A stretch of 64,000 bases of DNA, taken from NCBI RefSeq assembly GCF_009914755.1, contig NC_060925.1, one strand, 5' to 3'. Source of the stretch: the human T2T-CHM13v2.0 reference genome, Homo sapiens. Under the pieces are notes generated by a model. It worked only from the letters and a program-made list of their open reading frames with translations, was not told the origin of the DNA and ran no database searches. Positions 1 through 13,126 of the stretch are shown here, in pieces. The position numbers and the translations under genes are program-made. Positions within the stretch are counted from its first letter, which is position 1; each line of letters starts with the position of its first letter.

Positions 1-52
1 GCTAACAGACAAGTTCATCCAGGAAATGGAGTCCTTGAAAACAAAAAACCAG
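1..52 (+). CDS. CFAP57: CFAP57 coding exon, 3' part only (..LTDKFIQEMESLKTKNQ)
   Basis: Open frame from nt 2 to donor CAG|GTCTGT at 52/53, phase 0; joins in frame to the exon at 1886. Confidence 0.88.
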
Positions 53-142
53 GTCTGTTTAAGAGACTGACCAACAAGCACAAATAACAAGAAATTTCCA
101 CTTTCAAGACAGGACTGGCATATACTGCCCAAGCTATGCTCA

Positions 143-546
<404 letters not shown>

Positions 547-957
547 TTATGGTGAATGGTATTAATCGGTATTAGTGGTATTAACAGATTAATTAATCTG
601 ATCTATAGTAGTAAAATACATATAGAAAATAGATAACAGTATAATTATCTCTGGAAGTTGAGATTACAGATAATTTAAATTTTGTTTTACATACTTTTTG
701 TAATTTCCAAATTCTCTACAATGAGAATTATGATTAGGAGAAACTTATTTTAAAACAAAATGAAAAGATAAGAAAAAGCAAAAAGATAAGAAAATCAAAG
801 CATAGATGGAGAATAACTAGCAGAATACTGATTCCTGGATTGTCAGGAAGTTAAATAAAATTAGTCTACATGGCCTTTACATAGTTAGATTTGGTCTGGG
901 ACTCTCCCAGATTCTTTTCTTTGTTCTACACAAATCTGGACTCCTATCTAAAATCCC

Positions 958-1245
958 CACTGGGCAAGGTGGCTCACCCCTATAATCCTAACACTTTGGA
1001 AGGCCTAGGCAGGAGGATCGCTTGTATCCGAGAGCTTGAGACCAGCATGGGCAACATAGTGAGACCCTGTCTCTATGTAAAATAAAAAATGAGTCTGCCA
1101 TGGTGGCATCTGCCTGTAGTTCTAGCTACTTGGGAGGCTGGGATGGGAGGACTGCTCGAGCCTGGGAGGTGGGGACTGTAGTGAGTCATGATCTCTGCAC
1201 TGCACTCCAGCTTGGATGACAGAGCGAGGCCCTGTCCTTCACCCC
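958..1245 (+). mobile_element. AluJ-like element with decayed tail
   Basis: Diverged Alu dimer; aaatcccca on both flanks. Confidence 0.85.
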
Positions 1246-1885
1246 CTAAAGAAATCCCCAATTATGTCCTTGAGGGATATTTGTTTCTTTAATGTCTATG
1301 GGTCATAAAGTTCGGCTAAAAAAAAAAAGAAAGAAAAACCTTGGCTATTAATTGTATTAATTAATTCACTTTATAATTTTATTCATTTAGCCAACAAACA
1401 TTTATTTGGTGCTCTATATAAGCCAGGCGCAAAGTTAGGTCCTGAAGATGGCACACCACCTCCAACTCGCCCCCCAAGCCTGAAAGCTTTCCTGCTCAGT
1501 TAAAGAAAACACTTCCTCAGAAGCTTACCCATGAGCACAGCCAAGGATTTTGTTGACAGCAATGTGCTGGCAACAGAGGATTCAAATGAATCCCTACTTT
1601 TTCACCCAGAAGTCCTTTTGACACGTGTCCAAAACTGAACTCATCATTGACAAACCCATTTAGTAGCAAGAATAGAAATAGGAACAGTATAGAGCTTTTA
1701 GAGCAGAATATAACATAAATGAAAAGTGACAATGTGGTTGCTGCTTCATAGAACAGTGCTTGGTGCAAAATGAGGGCTTGAGAAATGTTTGTGAGTGAAG
1801 GAGGGTGTTACTTGTAAAATCAGTTCTTGCCCTAGTAGTGCTTTCAGCAGATGTGTGTAAATGAGGAAATGTGACTCTGTTTTAG

Positions 1886-1979
1886 GTCTTAAGAACAGAA
1901 AAAGAGAAGCAGGATGTTTATCACCATGAGCACATAGAAGACCTCCTAGACAAGCAAAGCCGGGAACTGCAGGACATGG
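1886..1979 (+). CDS. CFAP57: CFAP57 exon ([31 protein letters not shown])
   Basis: ctgttttag acceptor, G|GTGAGC donor; 94 nt, phase 0 to 1. Confidence 0.92.
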
Positions 1980-2618
1980 GTGAGCCCACAAGTAGAGGCC
2001 TCGTTGGTTAGGGTTGGAAGAGCTAGGTTATGGGGAAACACTCAAGAGTCCCCCAGACACAGTAGAAGTCTCAGGGAATATGGCTCTGTCTAAAAACAGG
2101 CTACATGTATCCCCTGGAACTCACTGTGGTTTTCACTTCTGTGTTTTTACTCATTCACTAAGCACATTAAACACCTATTGCATGAAAGTAGGAGGCACGG
2201 AAAAGGTCAAGTTTGGAACCTGATAGTCTTGCCTTGGGTCCCAGGCTCACCACGTACTTGCCAGGTGCTCTGGGGAGTCACCTAACCTTACCGAGCCTCA
2301 CTTTGCCATAAAGCAGGAGTCCTAATACTTATTTTTCACACTCAGGATATTCTTCTTGGCCCTGAGTCCCCAAATACCACTCTGTGCTTTCCTGGAAACT
2401 TTTCTTCCCAGAGCAGGCAGGCAGGGAGTTTGGCTACCTGATGAGATGATGGGATGAGGGGTTGGCAGCAAGGAAGCTAGGCAGGCATTTGAATCTTGGC
2501 TCTGGAGGCAGCTGCTCCAGCTGGTGCTGGAAGGGATGGGAGAGCGCCCAAGGCTCCTGGGTGTCCCTGAAGCAAGTGCTGCTCTCCCACCTTAAATACC
2601 ATCCTTGCTTCTCTCCAG

Positions 2619-2809
2619 AATGTTGCAACAACCAAAAGTTGCTTCTAGAATATGAGAAGTACCAGGAGCTGCAGCTCAAGTCCCAGAGGATGCAGGAAGA
2701 GTATGAAAAACAGCTCCGGGATAACGATGAGACCAAGAGCCAGGCCCTGGAGGAGCTGACTGAGTTTTACGAGGCAAAACTGCAGGAGAAAACCACCCTT
2801 CTGGAAGAG
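2619..2809 (+). CDS. CFAP57: CFAP57 exon ([19 protein letters not shown]...KTTLLEE)
   Basis: ttctctccag acceptor, GAG|GTACTC donor; 191 nt, phase 1 to 0; E/K/Q-rich coiled coil. Confidence 0.93.
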
Positions 2810-3337
2810 GTACTCACAGGAAGCCATGCTGTGCCTCCCTTTCACAGAGAAAAGCCACCCATTCACTCAGATCTCCATGGCATAGCCACTGTATGCCAGG
2901 ATGTGTTATACACTGGGTCCGACATGGTTTCTACCCCCAAGGAACTTATATCAAATGGGAGAGACAGCCAAATAACATCGCAAATAAATATAACATTATG
3001 ACTGTCACAAGTTCTGTGAGAGAAAAATATAGGAAGGCTGGGTGTCCAGTGAACAAGACCAAAGGAGAACAGGGATGGGGTGTTGGTAAGATTGGGGTTG
3101 AAGTGGTGGAGCATGAGGCCTGATTTGGTAGGAAAAGAGGGGAGGCAGGAAGACAGGACAGATGGGAAGAAGGTGGACAGGTCAAGGGCCCTGTGGCCAT
3201 GGTCTCCGTTTCTGGAATGACACTCGCCTTTGACTCCCTGGGACAGGTCCCCATGCTCATCTCACCTCAAGCCCTGTTGGCACAAAGATGTGTGAGTCCC
3301 TTCTCCCCTGACCACACGCCCACTCTCTCTGAGCCAG

Positions 3338-3511
3338 GCACAGGAAGACGTCAGGCAGCAGCTGCGGGAGTTTGAAGAGACCAAGAAGCAGATTGAGGAA
3401 GATGAAGACCGAGAAATCCAAGATATCAAAACCAAGTATGAGAAAAAGCTTCGGGATGAAAAGGAATCAAACCTGCGGCTCAAGGGAGAAACAGGCATCA
3501 TGAGGAAGAAG
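3338..3511 (+). CDS. CFAP57: CFAP57 exon ([14 protein letters not shown]...GETGIMRKK)
   Basis: ctctctgagccag acceptor, AAG|GTAGCA donor; 174 nt, phase 0-0. Confidence 0.9.
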
Positions 3512-4559
3512 GTAGCAGGCTGTTCTCCAAGAGACCTAGGGTGGGCGAGGGTGTTGCAGAGAAAGCTGGGGTGGGTGGACTGACCAGCCTGGGGGTGCTG
3601 GCCAGGGTCCTGCCTGTCCCCATCTTCAGCGAGCAGGCTGGGAGAAGAGCACCAGCCAGTGCACCCTCACGCAGATGGACCCTCCCCACCTCGTCCTTGG
3701 AAAGGCAGCTGCACGGGCTTCCCTGCTCTCCTTTTCACAGGATATTGGGGTTCCCTGTGTGCAGACAGAGGCTTTCTAGTTTTCACTTACTGGCAAGTAG
3801 GATTCAGTTAATGTTTTCTGAGATAACCCTCCGATGGAAATGGAAATGGAAATAAGGTCTTCTGGGGATGAGATAGATGAAGTCTTGGCCGGGAGGCATC
3901 CTCGGGCTCTTGGTCCAGGGAGTCATGGGCGGCTCCTGTTCAGCACCACAGGTGGGAGAGGGAATGGGGGTGTAGGATGCTTAGTTTACAAAGTGGGGAA
4001 GATGTTTTTAGTTCACTCACCATCAGGGGTGAGGGAGGATTCAACTCAGTTTCCCCAAAACATTTAGCCCTGGAAAAGCTAAGTTCAAAGCAAGCTGAAG
4101 TTTCTTCCTATTAGAAAGCACACTAGTAAATCCAGGGAACAATCAGTCTTCCCTTCTTGGTCATGGCTAAGATGGCTCATCAGTTAGGGCCCACTTTCTG
4201 TGACCTTGATGCAGTGTGGATCCCAGCTTTTCAAGATCAGTGTGGTCATAGAAGTCTCTGGTCCACTTGGTGTACCGGTCTCTGGAACCTCTTGTGAAGA
4301 CAGTCAGTCCTCTCATATGGAGAATGGGCCTGGATGTTATGGGACAGAATACTACATCATCCATTTGGCCTGGGAAATTCCTGAACCGTCCCAAATGCTC
4401 CAGATATTCACTCCTAAAATCCCAGAAATGTTGAATGCTAAGTGTTTTCAGTCCACAGAAGGTGGCCAGTGGTGGGGAGCCCCTTACACTGAGACAGTGG
4501 GAGGGATGGAGATGAGTTCTGACTTTAGTGGTCTTTGTTGTTGCTGTTCGCTTTTCTAG

Positions 4560-4718
4560 TTCAGCAGCCTACAGAAGGAGATTGAAGAACGAACCAATGA
4601 CATCGAGACCCTAAAAGGAGAGCAGATGAAGCTGCAAGGAGTCATTAAGTCTCTGGAGAAGGACATCCAAGGCCTCAAGCGAGAGATCCAGGAAAGAGAC
4701 GAGACTATTCAAGACAAG
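4560..4718 (+). CDS. CFAP57: CFAP57 exon ([16 protein letters not shown]...ERDETIQDK)
   Basis: cttttctag acceptor, AAG|GTGCAG donor; 159 nt, phase 0-0. Confidence 0.93.
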
Positions 4719-5799
4719 GTGCAGCTCTCCTTCTGTCCTCCCTCAGCTACGGCCAGATGGGCCAAGGCGAGGAAGGCAAAGCTCAGGGGAGAGAGGGTCC
4801 CTAGCTTCTCAGGACGCATTTCTTTAACTTGATGGGGGAACCAGCCGTCAGTGAAGTGCCTGTTGTGTGCTTGGCACTGGGCTAATCGCTGTCAACACAT
4901 CACTTTCAGCTCTGCCAACAACCCAGGGGGCCTGAGAACCCAGTGTTATGGTTCGGGAAGCTGAACTCCAAGAGGCTGGGTATCTTGCCCAGGGTCACAC
5001 ACTTCAATAGGTGACAGGCTGCAATAAGAACCGAGTCAGCTGACTCCACTGCTCCAGGCATCCTTGGAGGTGCTTCCCCATGGGCTGGGGACAGCTCACT
5101 TGCCGCACTGACCACATGGTCCCCCTGTCGCAGAGGGACTCTCCTGGGATTGACCCTGTCCAGGAGGCTGCCTCCACTTTTGGGATGCCTTTCTTACAAA
5201 ACACTCAGACGTCAGAGACATCACATTCTGTGGGGCAGATACCTCAATACCCAGTATGTAGTATCATCCTCCTGAGCACATCCAGATTCCGTGCCCTCCT
5301 CTCCATCTCCCCTGCCACTACGGCCCAAGGCAGGTGGAATTCTCCAAGGGCCAAGGACGTGGGCTTCAGTGTTAGGGAACTAGGTCTGGCACAGGTTCCA
5401 TTTATTGACCATTGCACCTCGAGCAACTTCTCTAAGCCTTCATTTTCTCACCTATAAAATGGGGATGATAACCACCTCAAGGGGTCTTGTAAGGATCACA
5501 TAGGATCATGGGATCATGCCTGGATGTCATTTCTGCATGTGAGTGTCGGTGTACATATCCAGGGTTTTGTTTGTTTGTTTGTTTGTTTGTTTTTAGGGAA
5601 GATCCAAAGCTCTGTTCAGATTCTCAAAGGGGGCTTTGACAAGAAAGAGACAAAGGCCTCCTCACCTAGAAAGTGGCAACAGCCTCCTAAGCAGTCTAAT
5701 GGCCTCACTTCCCATCTCCCACCACCATGGACTGGCAGGGTACAGGTGCAATGCTGCCACTCTCCTGCTCAAAGCCCTCACAGCTCCCCATTGCTACAG

Positions 5800-6017
5800 C
5801 AGGGGTCAGCACGCTCTTTCTGTAAAGACCTAGGTAGTAAATATTTTTGGCTTTGGAGGCCATGTGGTCTGTCTCAACGAATCAACACCGCTGCTGTAGT
5901 GTGAAACCACCCATAAACAAAACATTAGTCAATTAACTTGGCTGTGTTCCAATAAAGTTTTACAGAAATAGACAGCAGGCCCAATGTGGCCCACAGGCTG
6001 GAGTTTGCCAACCCCTG
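5800..6017. mobile_element. hAT-Charlie MITE, MER58A-like
   Basis: Terminal inverted repeats CAGGGGTCAGCA and TGCCAACCCCTG; about 218 bp. Confidence 0.8.
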
Positions 6018-6334
6018 GCCTAGGAGATAAATTCTGAACTCTTTCCCCCAACATGAAGACCCTCACCTCCCTCCTCTATTTCCCCAGCCTCACCTCTCAC
6101 TTCCCCCATGAACCACCGCTTGGCTCTCAAGCCAGTCATTCTCAGCACCCTCAATATATACTTTGCCTTCTGTGCTTTACAACATTTATCACATTTTAGG
6201 CTTAGATTTGCTTCTGTGTCTTCTTTCCCAACTAGTGTTTTCTTTTAAGGGCAAGGGACTGTGTTGTATTTATATTTGGAAACCCAATACTTGACAAAAG
6301 ATCTTCATTCAGTAAATGTTTGATGGATGGATAT

Positions 6335-7250
6335 ACTTATGTTCTGATTACTATCACCGTGCAACAAATTAACCTTAAAACTTACTGATTGAGGCCAGGT
6401 GTGGTGGCTCACGCCTGTAATCCCAGCACTTTGGGAGGCAGAGGCAGGTGGATCACTTGAGGTCAGGAGTTCGAGACCAGCCTGGCCAACATGGTGAAAC
6501 CCCATCTCTACCAAAAATATAAAAATTAGCCAGGAGTGGTGGCACATGCCTGTAATCCAAGCTACTCTGGAGGCTGAGGCAGGAGAATCGCTTGAACTTG
6601 AGAAGCAGAGGTTGCAGTGAGCCAAGATCGTGCCACTGCGCTCTAGCCTGGGTGACAAAGTGAGACCCATCTCAAAAAGAAAAACTAAGTGATTGAAAGC
6701 AACTATTTTATTCTGCTTACAGGTGCTACAGATCTGGAATCTGGACAGGGTACAAAAGGATGGCTTATCTCTGTCCCCGATGTCTGGGGCCTCAGCTGGG
6801 AATACTGGGGGTGACTCAAAACAGCTGGAGGCTGGAAGATCAACATCCAATGTGGCTTCTTCAGTCACATGTCTGGCACCTTGGCAGGGGTGTCTGGGAG
6901 GCTAGGCTCAGCTGGGTCTTTTGATCAGAGCCCCTAATGTGCCCACCAGCCTGGATGTCTCAGTGTAGTTGGACTTCTTACATAGCAGATGCCCTCCCCC
7001 AATGCAGGTGTCCCAAGAGAGCCAGATAAAAGCTGCTTGGCCTTTTTTGGCCTAGCCTTGGAAGCCACACAGTCTCCCTTCTGCTGCATTATTTGGGTTA
7101 CGAACAAGTCACAAGTCAAGGCAAATGCAAGGGAAGGGGATTCGCTTCCACCTCCTGATGGAGAAGCAGCAAGGTCACGCTGTAGAACAGCTGGAGTGTG
7201 GGGCGGGAGATGCTGTGGGGGCCATCGTTGGAAAATACCGCTGTTCACAA
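6335..7250 (-). mobile_element. Old MaLR LTR (MLT1-type) interrupted by an Alu
   Basis: MLT1-like motifs on both sides of the Alu; boundaries approximate. Confidence 0.6.
6393..6684 (+). mobile_element. AluSx-like element
   Basis: Full dimer; TSD aaaacttactgattga / aaaactaagtgattga. Confidence 0.93.
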
Positions 7251-7484
7251 CCTAATATGAATGAGTGAGTGAATGCATGAGAGTCCTTGTACAGAGGCTG
7301 AGGGGTCTGTGCTGTAGCCCCATGGGGGGAGTGCCAGCCTCTGTACTGACGAAGGGAGGAGAGGAGTCTCCTGGTTGACCTCTTCAACCAGGAGAGTCAC
7401 AGGCTTCGTGCTCTTTTGCCCTAAAGGGCTGCAGTATACCAGGGCCTTACAATATCTCTCACTTCTCTCTCATCTCACCCCCAG

Positions 7485-7628
7485 GAGAAGCGAATTTATG
7501 ATCTGAAAAAGAAAAATCAAGAACTAGGGAAATTCAAGTTTGTGCTTGACTACAAAATAAAGGAGCTGAAGAAGCAAATAGAACCTCGAGAGAATGAGAT
7601 CAGGGTGATGAAGGAACAGATTCAGGAG
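7485..7628 (+). CDS. CFAP57: CFAP57 exon ([36 protein letters not shown]...QIQE)
   Basis: Polypyrimidine tract plus ccag acceptor, GAG|GTAAGA donor; 144 nt; [12 protein letters not shown] segment recognised from FAP57-family proteins. Confidence 0.95.
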
Positions 7629-8279
7629 GTAAGAAGCCATTTGCAACACTCTGGCCTCTCAGACCCTCTGTCTCTTCTTCCACAATTGGCTAGCTGGCCT
7701 CAGGGACTGAGGAGAAGCTCTTCTCACAGTCCTCTCTGCTCCCAAGGTGTGTGCAGCCTCCAGTCCACAGGGGTGCAACAGGGAAGGCCGTGGCCCCGCT
7801 GCAGGCTCAGCTGACCGAAAGCAAATCGCTTGGGAGTTAACTTGCCACAGGACCTGGAGATGGGCTTTGGCCCTACCCGTGCCTCAGTGTGCGGTGTACT
7901 GTGCCCTCCTAAGGGAGATGCAGCTATTGGGCATTTGGCCACCAGAGGGCAGTGTGTACTCAGCCAACAGGCTATCCTTCTAGTTCAGCATTTTTTTCTC
8001 AAACTGGAAATGTTGGTTGAGACCCCAGGTGAGGCCATGGTGTTTGGACTTCATCTGATAAGGAATGAGAAGTCATCAGAGGCTCTTGAGCAGAAGAGTG
8101 GCATAATTAAGAATATGTTCTGGGAAGCAAACAGGATGAAGGTAGAGAGGCGAGATTAGAAGCAGGATCAACTGGACAAGGGTTTCTGAGAATCCTGTGA
8201 GGTCCCCCATGCCCCCCACCACACGCCACCTTTCCCTGCAACGTGTGTTGCCCCATCAGCCTCCCCTGCTGGGCTGACA

Positions 8280-8930
8280 GTGGCGTCCATGTTGATCTAA
8301 AACCGAATTCTTGATTTTTCTCTCCCCCTTCCTCCAGTTTTCCCTCTCTCAGTTAGTGGTCTATGATCCACCCAGTTACTTAATGCAGAAATGCAGAAGT
8401 CTTTCTTGATTCTTCACTTCTCTTAACTCCTTATCCAAATCATCACCAACATCTATCTGATCAATTTCCAAAACATATCTCACATCAAACCCTCCTTTCC
8501 CGCTGCTGCTATCACCCTGGTACAAGCAGCCACCATCTCTTATCTGGACTGGACTCCAGCCTCCAGTCTGGTCTCCACATAGAGGCCTGAGTGAACTCCC
8601 CAGTGGGGTCCCATCCCACCTACAGTAAAATCCAAAGTCCCAGTCAGGCCCACAAGGTCCTGCGTGATCCAGCCTCTCCCTGCCTCTCCAGCCTCCTCTC
8701 ACAGCTCCCCCTCCCTGCTCCAGCCCACTGACTTTCTGACAGTTCCTGTAAGTCACGCTTTTCCATCTCAGGACCTCTGCAGTGCTGCTGCCTCTGCCTG
8801 GAAGGCTCTTCCCCCAGATCGCCACATGGCTGGCTTCTTTGCATCTTTCAGGTCTCAGCCTATATGCCTTCCCTGACCGCCCTAGACAAAATAGGCTTCT
8901 GCTCCCTCCTCCATCTTCTCTAATTGTTTG
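8280..8930 (+). mobile_element. L2 LINE fragment
   Basis: Pyrimidine-rich L2 3'-region motifs (aaaccgaattcttga, gcctggaaggctcttccccc). Confidence 0.6.
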
Positions 8931-9224
8931 TGCTGAGCCGGGATAACAGATACAAGGGTGTCAGACAGCACTGATGACCCAACTAGAAGTGCCAGAGCCA
9001 TGGGGGTGCCAGTCTGCCCGGTGACGCCTGTACTCTGGTAAGCCCAGTAAAGAGCCAGGTGGAGATCAGTCCAGGGCCAGGGGGCCCAGAGAGGGTATGT
9101 CCTTGTGACAATGACTTTTTCCCTGGCTTCTGGGATGAGAAAGGATGCCCCCAGCTGACCACAGACCTGCCTCCGCTGGGCCTCCTACCATTCTTGAGTG
9201 CTTTCAGGGCCCCAAAATGGCAGC

Positions 9225-9588
9225 TGTCGTCCTTTCGGGGTGCTATAACAAAATACTTTAGAAGGGATAATTTATGGCCAACAGAAATGTATTGCTGAAA
9301 GTACTGGAAGCTGGAAAGTCTAAGACCAAGGCTCCAGCAGATTTGGTGTCCAGGCCTGTTCCTCATAGATGGCACCTGCTATGTGTCCTCATGTGATGGG
9401 AGGGCAAAAGGGGGCAAACAAGCTCCCTCCAGCCTCTCGTACAAGGGCACAAATCCCATTTGTGAGGGCTCTGCCCTCGTGACCTGATCACCTCCCAAAG
9501 ACCTGACCTCCTAATCCCATCACTTTGGGGGTTAGGTTTCACCATTGGAATTTGGGGTGGAGGGCACCAACGTTCATCAGACCATAGC
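9225..9588 (-). mobile_element. MaLR solo LTR (MLT1A/MST-like)
   Basis: Ends in accatagca (reverse of the TGCTATGGT start); typical MaLR body, about 365 bp. Confidence 0.75.
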
Positions 9589-10209
9589 AGCCTGAGAAGA
9601 TGAGAGGAAGAGCAGAGGCCCCACCCACCTGGAGGGCCAGCACACCACAGGCCCCTGGAAATCACTGCCCCCTTTCTCCTTCCTCATTTGACACATTTGT
9701 CAGCTGCATTTCAGGTCGGGTCCGTTGTTTGCTAATGGTCAGCTTACTTTCCCCACCAGCACACCTGGGGGGACCATTCATCTTCTCTGGCAGTAACAGG
9801 GGCCAACCGTGGCCTTGATGCTCAGCAGGGAATACACTTGCACCTTGGGAGTGATTCCAGCAGGATCCCTCCTACCTCCTTTCGCTGGTGCCAGTTGCTG
9901 TCAGGACTGATACCTGGGCCTGGGTGCTTCTGGGAGCCTCTGACCTTGGGGCTTCCCTCTGGGGGTCATAGACACCTTTGGTTCATGCACTGTGGATCTC
10001 CTGTAAAGGTCTTTTTCTCCCAGGAAGGAAGCCTCAAGCCCTTGGCTCATTTGTAGAGCTGCAACTTCTAATAACACTTCCTGATTCAGGTACCCGCCCT
10101 CACATACTCTTTTTCCAACTTGGCTCTGATGATCCAAGGGTCCCTTTGCCCTGCCTAGGGGAGAGGTTTCCCGAGGCTTGTCGTTTTAGTTTACACTCAT
10201 TTACTAGGG

Positions 10210-10449
10210 CAGGGTTTCTCAAGCTCAGCACTACTACTATTTTGAGGTAGGTAATTCTCTGTCATGGAGGGTCTGTCCTGTATATTGTAGGATGTTTAGC
10301 AGCGTCCCTGGTCCCTACCTGCTAGATCCCAAAAACACCCCCTATCCAGGATGTTAAAACTAAAAAATGCCTTCAGACCTTGCCAGAGGTCCCCTGGGGG
10401 GTGCAAAATGCTTTCTACCCTCCTGCCTGAGCCCCATTGAGAATCTCTG
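10210..10449. mobile_element. hAT-Charlie MITE, MER20-like
   Basis: CAGGGTTTCTCAA ... TTGAGAATCTCTG inverted ends; tgtaggatgtttagcagc core. Confidence 0.8.
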
Positions 10450-12073
10450 AGTGTGATGAAAAACACATGGAAAAGTAGATGGATTTTCCACACTGGGAAA
10501 AGATGCTTGTTTCCACATAAGGGGCTAGGCTTCTGGCTATCCAGCCAGCTACTCAAATTTGACCTATTTCCCAATTTTTCTATAAACAGATTATTTTTAT
10601 TCTCAGAGTAGTATGAGTCTTTGCCTGGGGGAAAAAATGAACAGAAGTAAACAATATACTCCTGTATGCCCTCTCTGCTAACCTCATCTGTCACTGCTGG
10701 CCTGAGATTTAGAGAATGAGGCACTCAGACATGATCTTCGGGAGCCCCGCAAACAGAAGCCCCCTTTCTCTCTTCCAGCTGCCATTGCCTTGGCCTAGGA
10801 CGCTATCATCTGCCTCCTCAGCCAAACTGGCAGCCTCCTGACTGGTCTGCCTGGCCCCCGTCTTGCTCTTTTCAGCAGAACCTCTGCATCAGGCCCTCTA
10901 AGATGCAAATTACATCATTCCACTCCTGGTCTAAGCCTTCAGTGGCTCTCTGAGCTTTCAGGATAAAGGCAAACTTCTCACCATTTGAGCCTCTGCCCTT
11001 GGATCCTGCATGACCTAGCTCAGCCAGCCTCTTCTCCCTCCCCTCTCCCCCCTCTTCAAATCCCTGCTCCTGCAGCCACCCTAAGCCACTTGCAGCCTGC
11101 AGAGATGCGCCAGGCTGCCCATGCCTCTGGTCCTCTCTGTGTGCAGGCTGTTCTGTCTGCCTGGAATTCTTTCCCCTTTTGTCCTCTAATACTTATTCTT
11201 CCTCCCAAATCCAGTGGACGCATCCCATCTTTTTGGGTGCTGCCTGCTCACCTCCTCTGTGTACACACAGTGCTTTCTGCCTTAACTGCAGTGTTTATCC
11301 TACTCCACCTGAATTTCTGATTTACTTCTTTCTTATCCTTGCAGACCTGAGGCCTCTTGAAGGCAGAAACTACTTCTTAATCAGCCTTAGATCTCTAAGT
11401 CTACAACAAGCTGGGCGGCCCTTTCTAATGGGCACATTCTTTAGCTGTGCAAATACCCACACTCAATGTGTATCCCCTACAAGGTGGTTCTATATAACTC
11501 TGCCAACACTGCCTTCTTATCTTGTCATTCCTCTTCCAGAAGCAGGGTGTTTCAGGCTCTTTTCGTGTCCCTCACTATTGCTCTCCTTTGTCCACCACAC
11601 TTGCCATTATTCGTTCATTCATCAAATATTTGAGTGCCACCTTTATGCCAGGCTTTGGGTCAGAGGGCTATTCTGTCTATACAAAATGCTTCCAGTAATG
11701 AGGAAAACCTTCTAAAAGCTGCCCTTTTGTGTCTAGAACATGGATGTGTTCATTAGGGCCTCCTGGCACCCCCCAGAAGGTTACCAAGAGCCTTGAAATT
11801 TGACCAAAGGGCCTGGGATAGACTAGAGGGGGAGGGTCTACTCTACCTAGCCGTGAAAAAATCCAGTGAATGATCCCATTCTCCCAAAACAGTCAGCAAA
11901 CCTCCCTCTTATCAGAAATACTAGTGTCCACCAGATATAGTCCATAAGTCATTAGGAGTTAGGTCAATGAAAGCTCATGCACAGCTAGTCTCATCCTAAT
12001 TGGACACTCCAGTTGTCATTCCCATGACTTTGGTTAATATAAATGCAAAAATGAATTTTTAAAAAATCTTTCA

Positions 12074-12381
12074 GCCCGGGCGCAGTGGCTCATGCCTGTA
12101 ATCCCAGCACTTTGGGAAGGCGAGGTGGGCAGATCACTTGAGGTCAGGAGTTCAAGACCAGCCTGGACAACATGGTGAAACCCTGTCTCTCCTAAAAATA
12201 CAAAAAAAAAAAAAAAAAAATTAGTTGGGCATGGTGGCAATTGCCTGTAATCCCAGCTACTCGGGAGGCTGAGGCTAGAAAATTGCTTAAACCCGGAGGC
12301 GGAGGTTGCAGTGAGCCAAGATAGAGATCGCACCACTGCACTCCAGCCTCGGCAACAGAGCAAGACTCCATCTAAAAAAAA
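12074..12381 (+). mobile_element. AluS element
   Basis: Full dimer with expanded A linker. Confidence 0.93.
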
Positions 12382-13009
12382 TGTATTTCAGAAGCTCACT
12401 GGTGGTTTCTTATTTTTCTTGTGAAGACAGGACACTTCTCAGTTGTACTTTTTAAGACCTTTCAACAGAATGATGAGGCTGAGGCCCCTTCTCAGCTTCC
12501 CCTTTCCTGTTTTATGCCTTAGATGGGTGGTGCCCACATGTTGGTCCCTCCAAACTTTCTGCTTTAGAATGACCCCATTCTAAAGTGGCCCCAGAGGGTC
12601 GAGATTCACTTATACAACTTCAGAAAGCAGGTGAGGAAGGTGCTTCTCTGGGGAACCCTGCCTCAGGTGAGAGTTGAGGTTCTAGTGCTTGGGTGTCACC
12701 AATTTATAAGGAATTCAAGAAAATAAAATAATCAGCATGGTTGAAGGAAAGGGAAAGTGACTCAGAGGGAAAACTTCCCAGCCTGGCCGTGGAAACACAT
12801 GATGCTGGTTTAGCATATCAGTCTAGGGGTGGGGAGCTGTTAGGAAAGCAAGTAGAAGAAAGGTTTTGATCCAGAGGACACAGAAGGGGATGAGAAAAGA
12901 AATGCCCGGGTGTCAGGGGTGGCATCCCCACTGAAAGACTACAGTTCTCAAATACAGTTTTCATTATCTAACTTTCTTCTTCTTGACTCTTTTCCCTTGT
13001 TGTCTACAG

Positions 13010-13126
13010 ATGGAAGCTGAACTGGAGAATTTCCATAAGCAGAACACTCAACTGGAGCTGAACATCACAGAATTGTGGCAGAAACTGAGAGCCACCGATC
13101 AGGAGATGCGCAGAGAGAGACAGAAG
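13010..13126 (+). CDS. CFAP57: CFAP57 exon ([17 protein letters not shown]...MRRERQK)
   Basis: Long polypyrimidine tract plus tacag acceptor, AAG|GTGTGA donor; 117 nt, phase 0-0; too short for the ORF track. Confidence 0.92.

Noticed and set aside
2462-3001. 179-aa ORF as a stand-alone gene
   Set aside because: Only 2619-2809 is bounded by splice sites and coiled-coil-like; the rest is intronic open frame
11179-11715. 178-aa hydrophobic ORF (similar cases at 22013-22561, 47712-48260, 55236-55820, 57822-58286, 59718-60212)
   Set aside because: These mostly start at non-ATG codons, several overlap L2-like or low-complexity sequence, and none has recognisable domains or splice support
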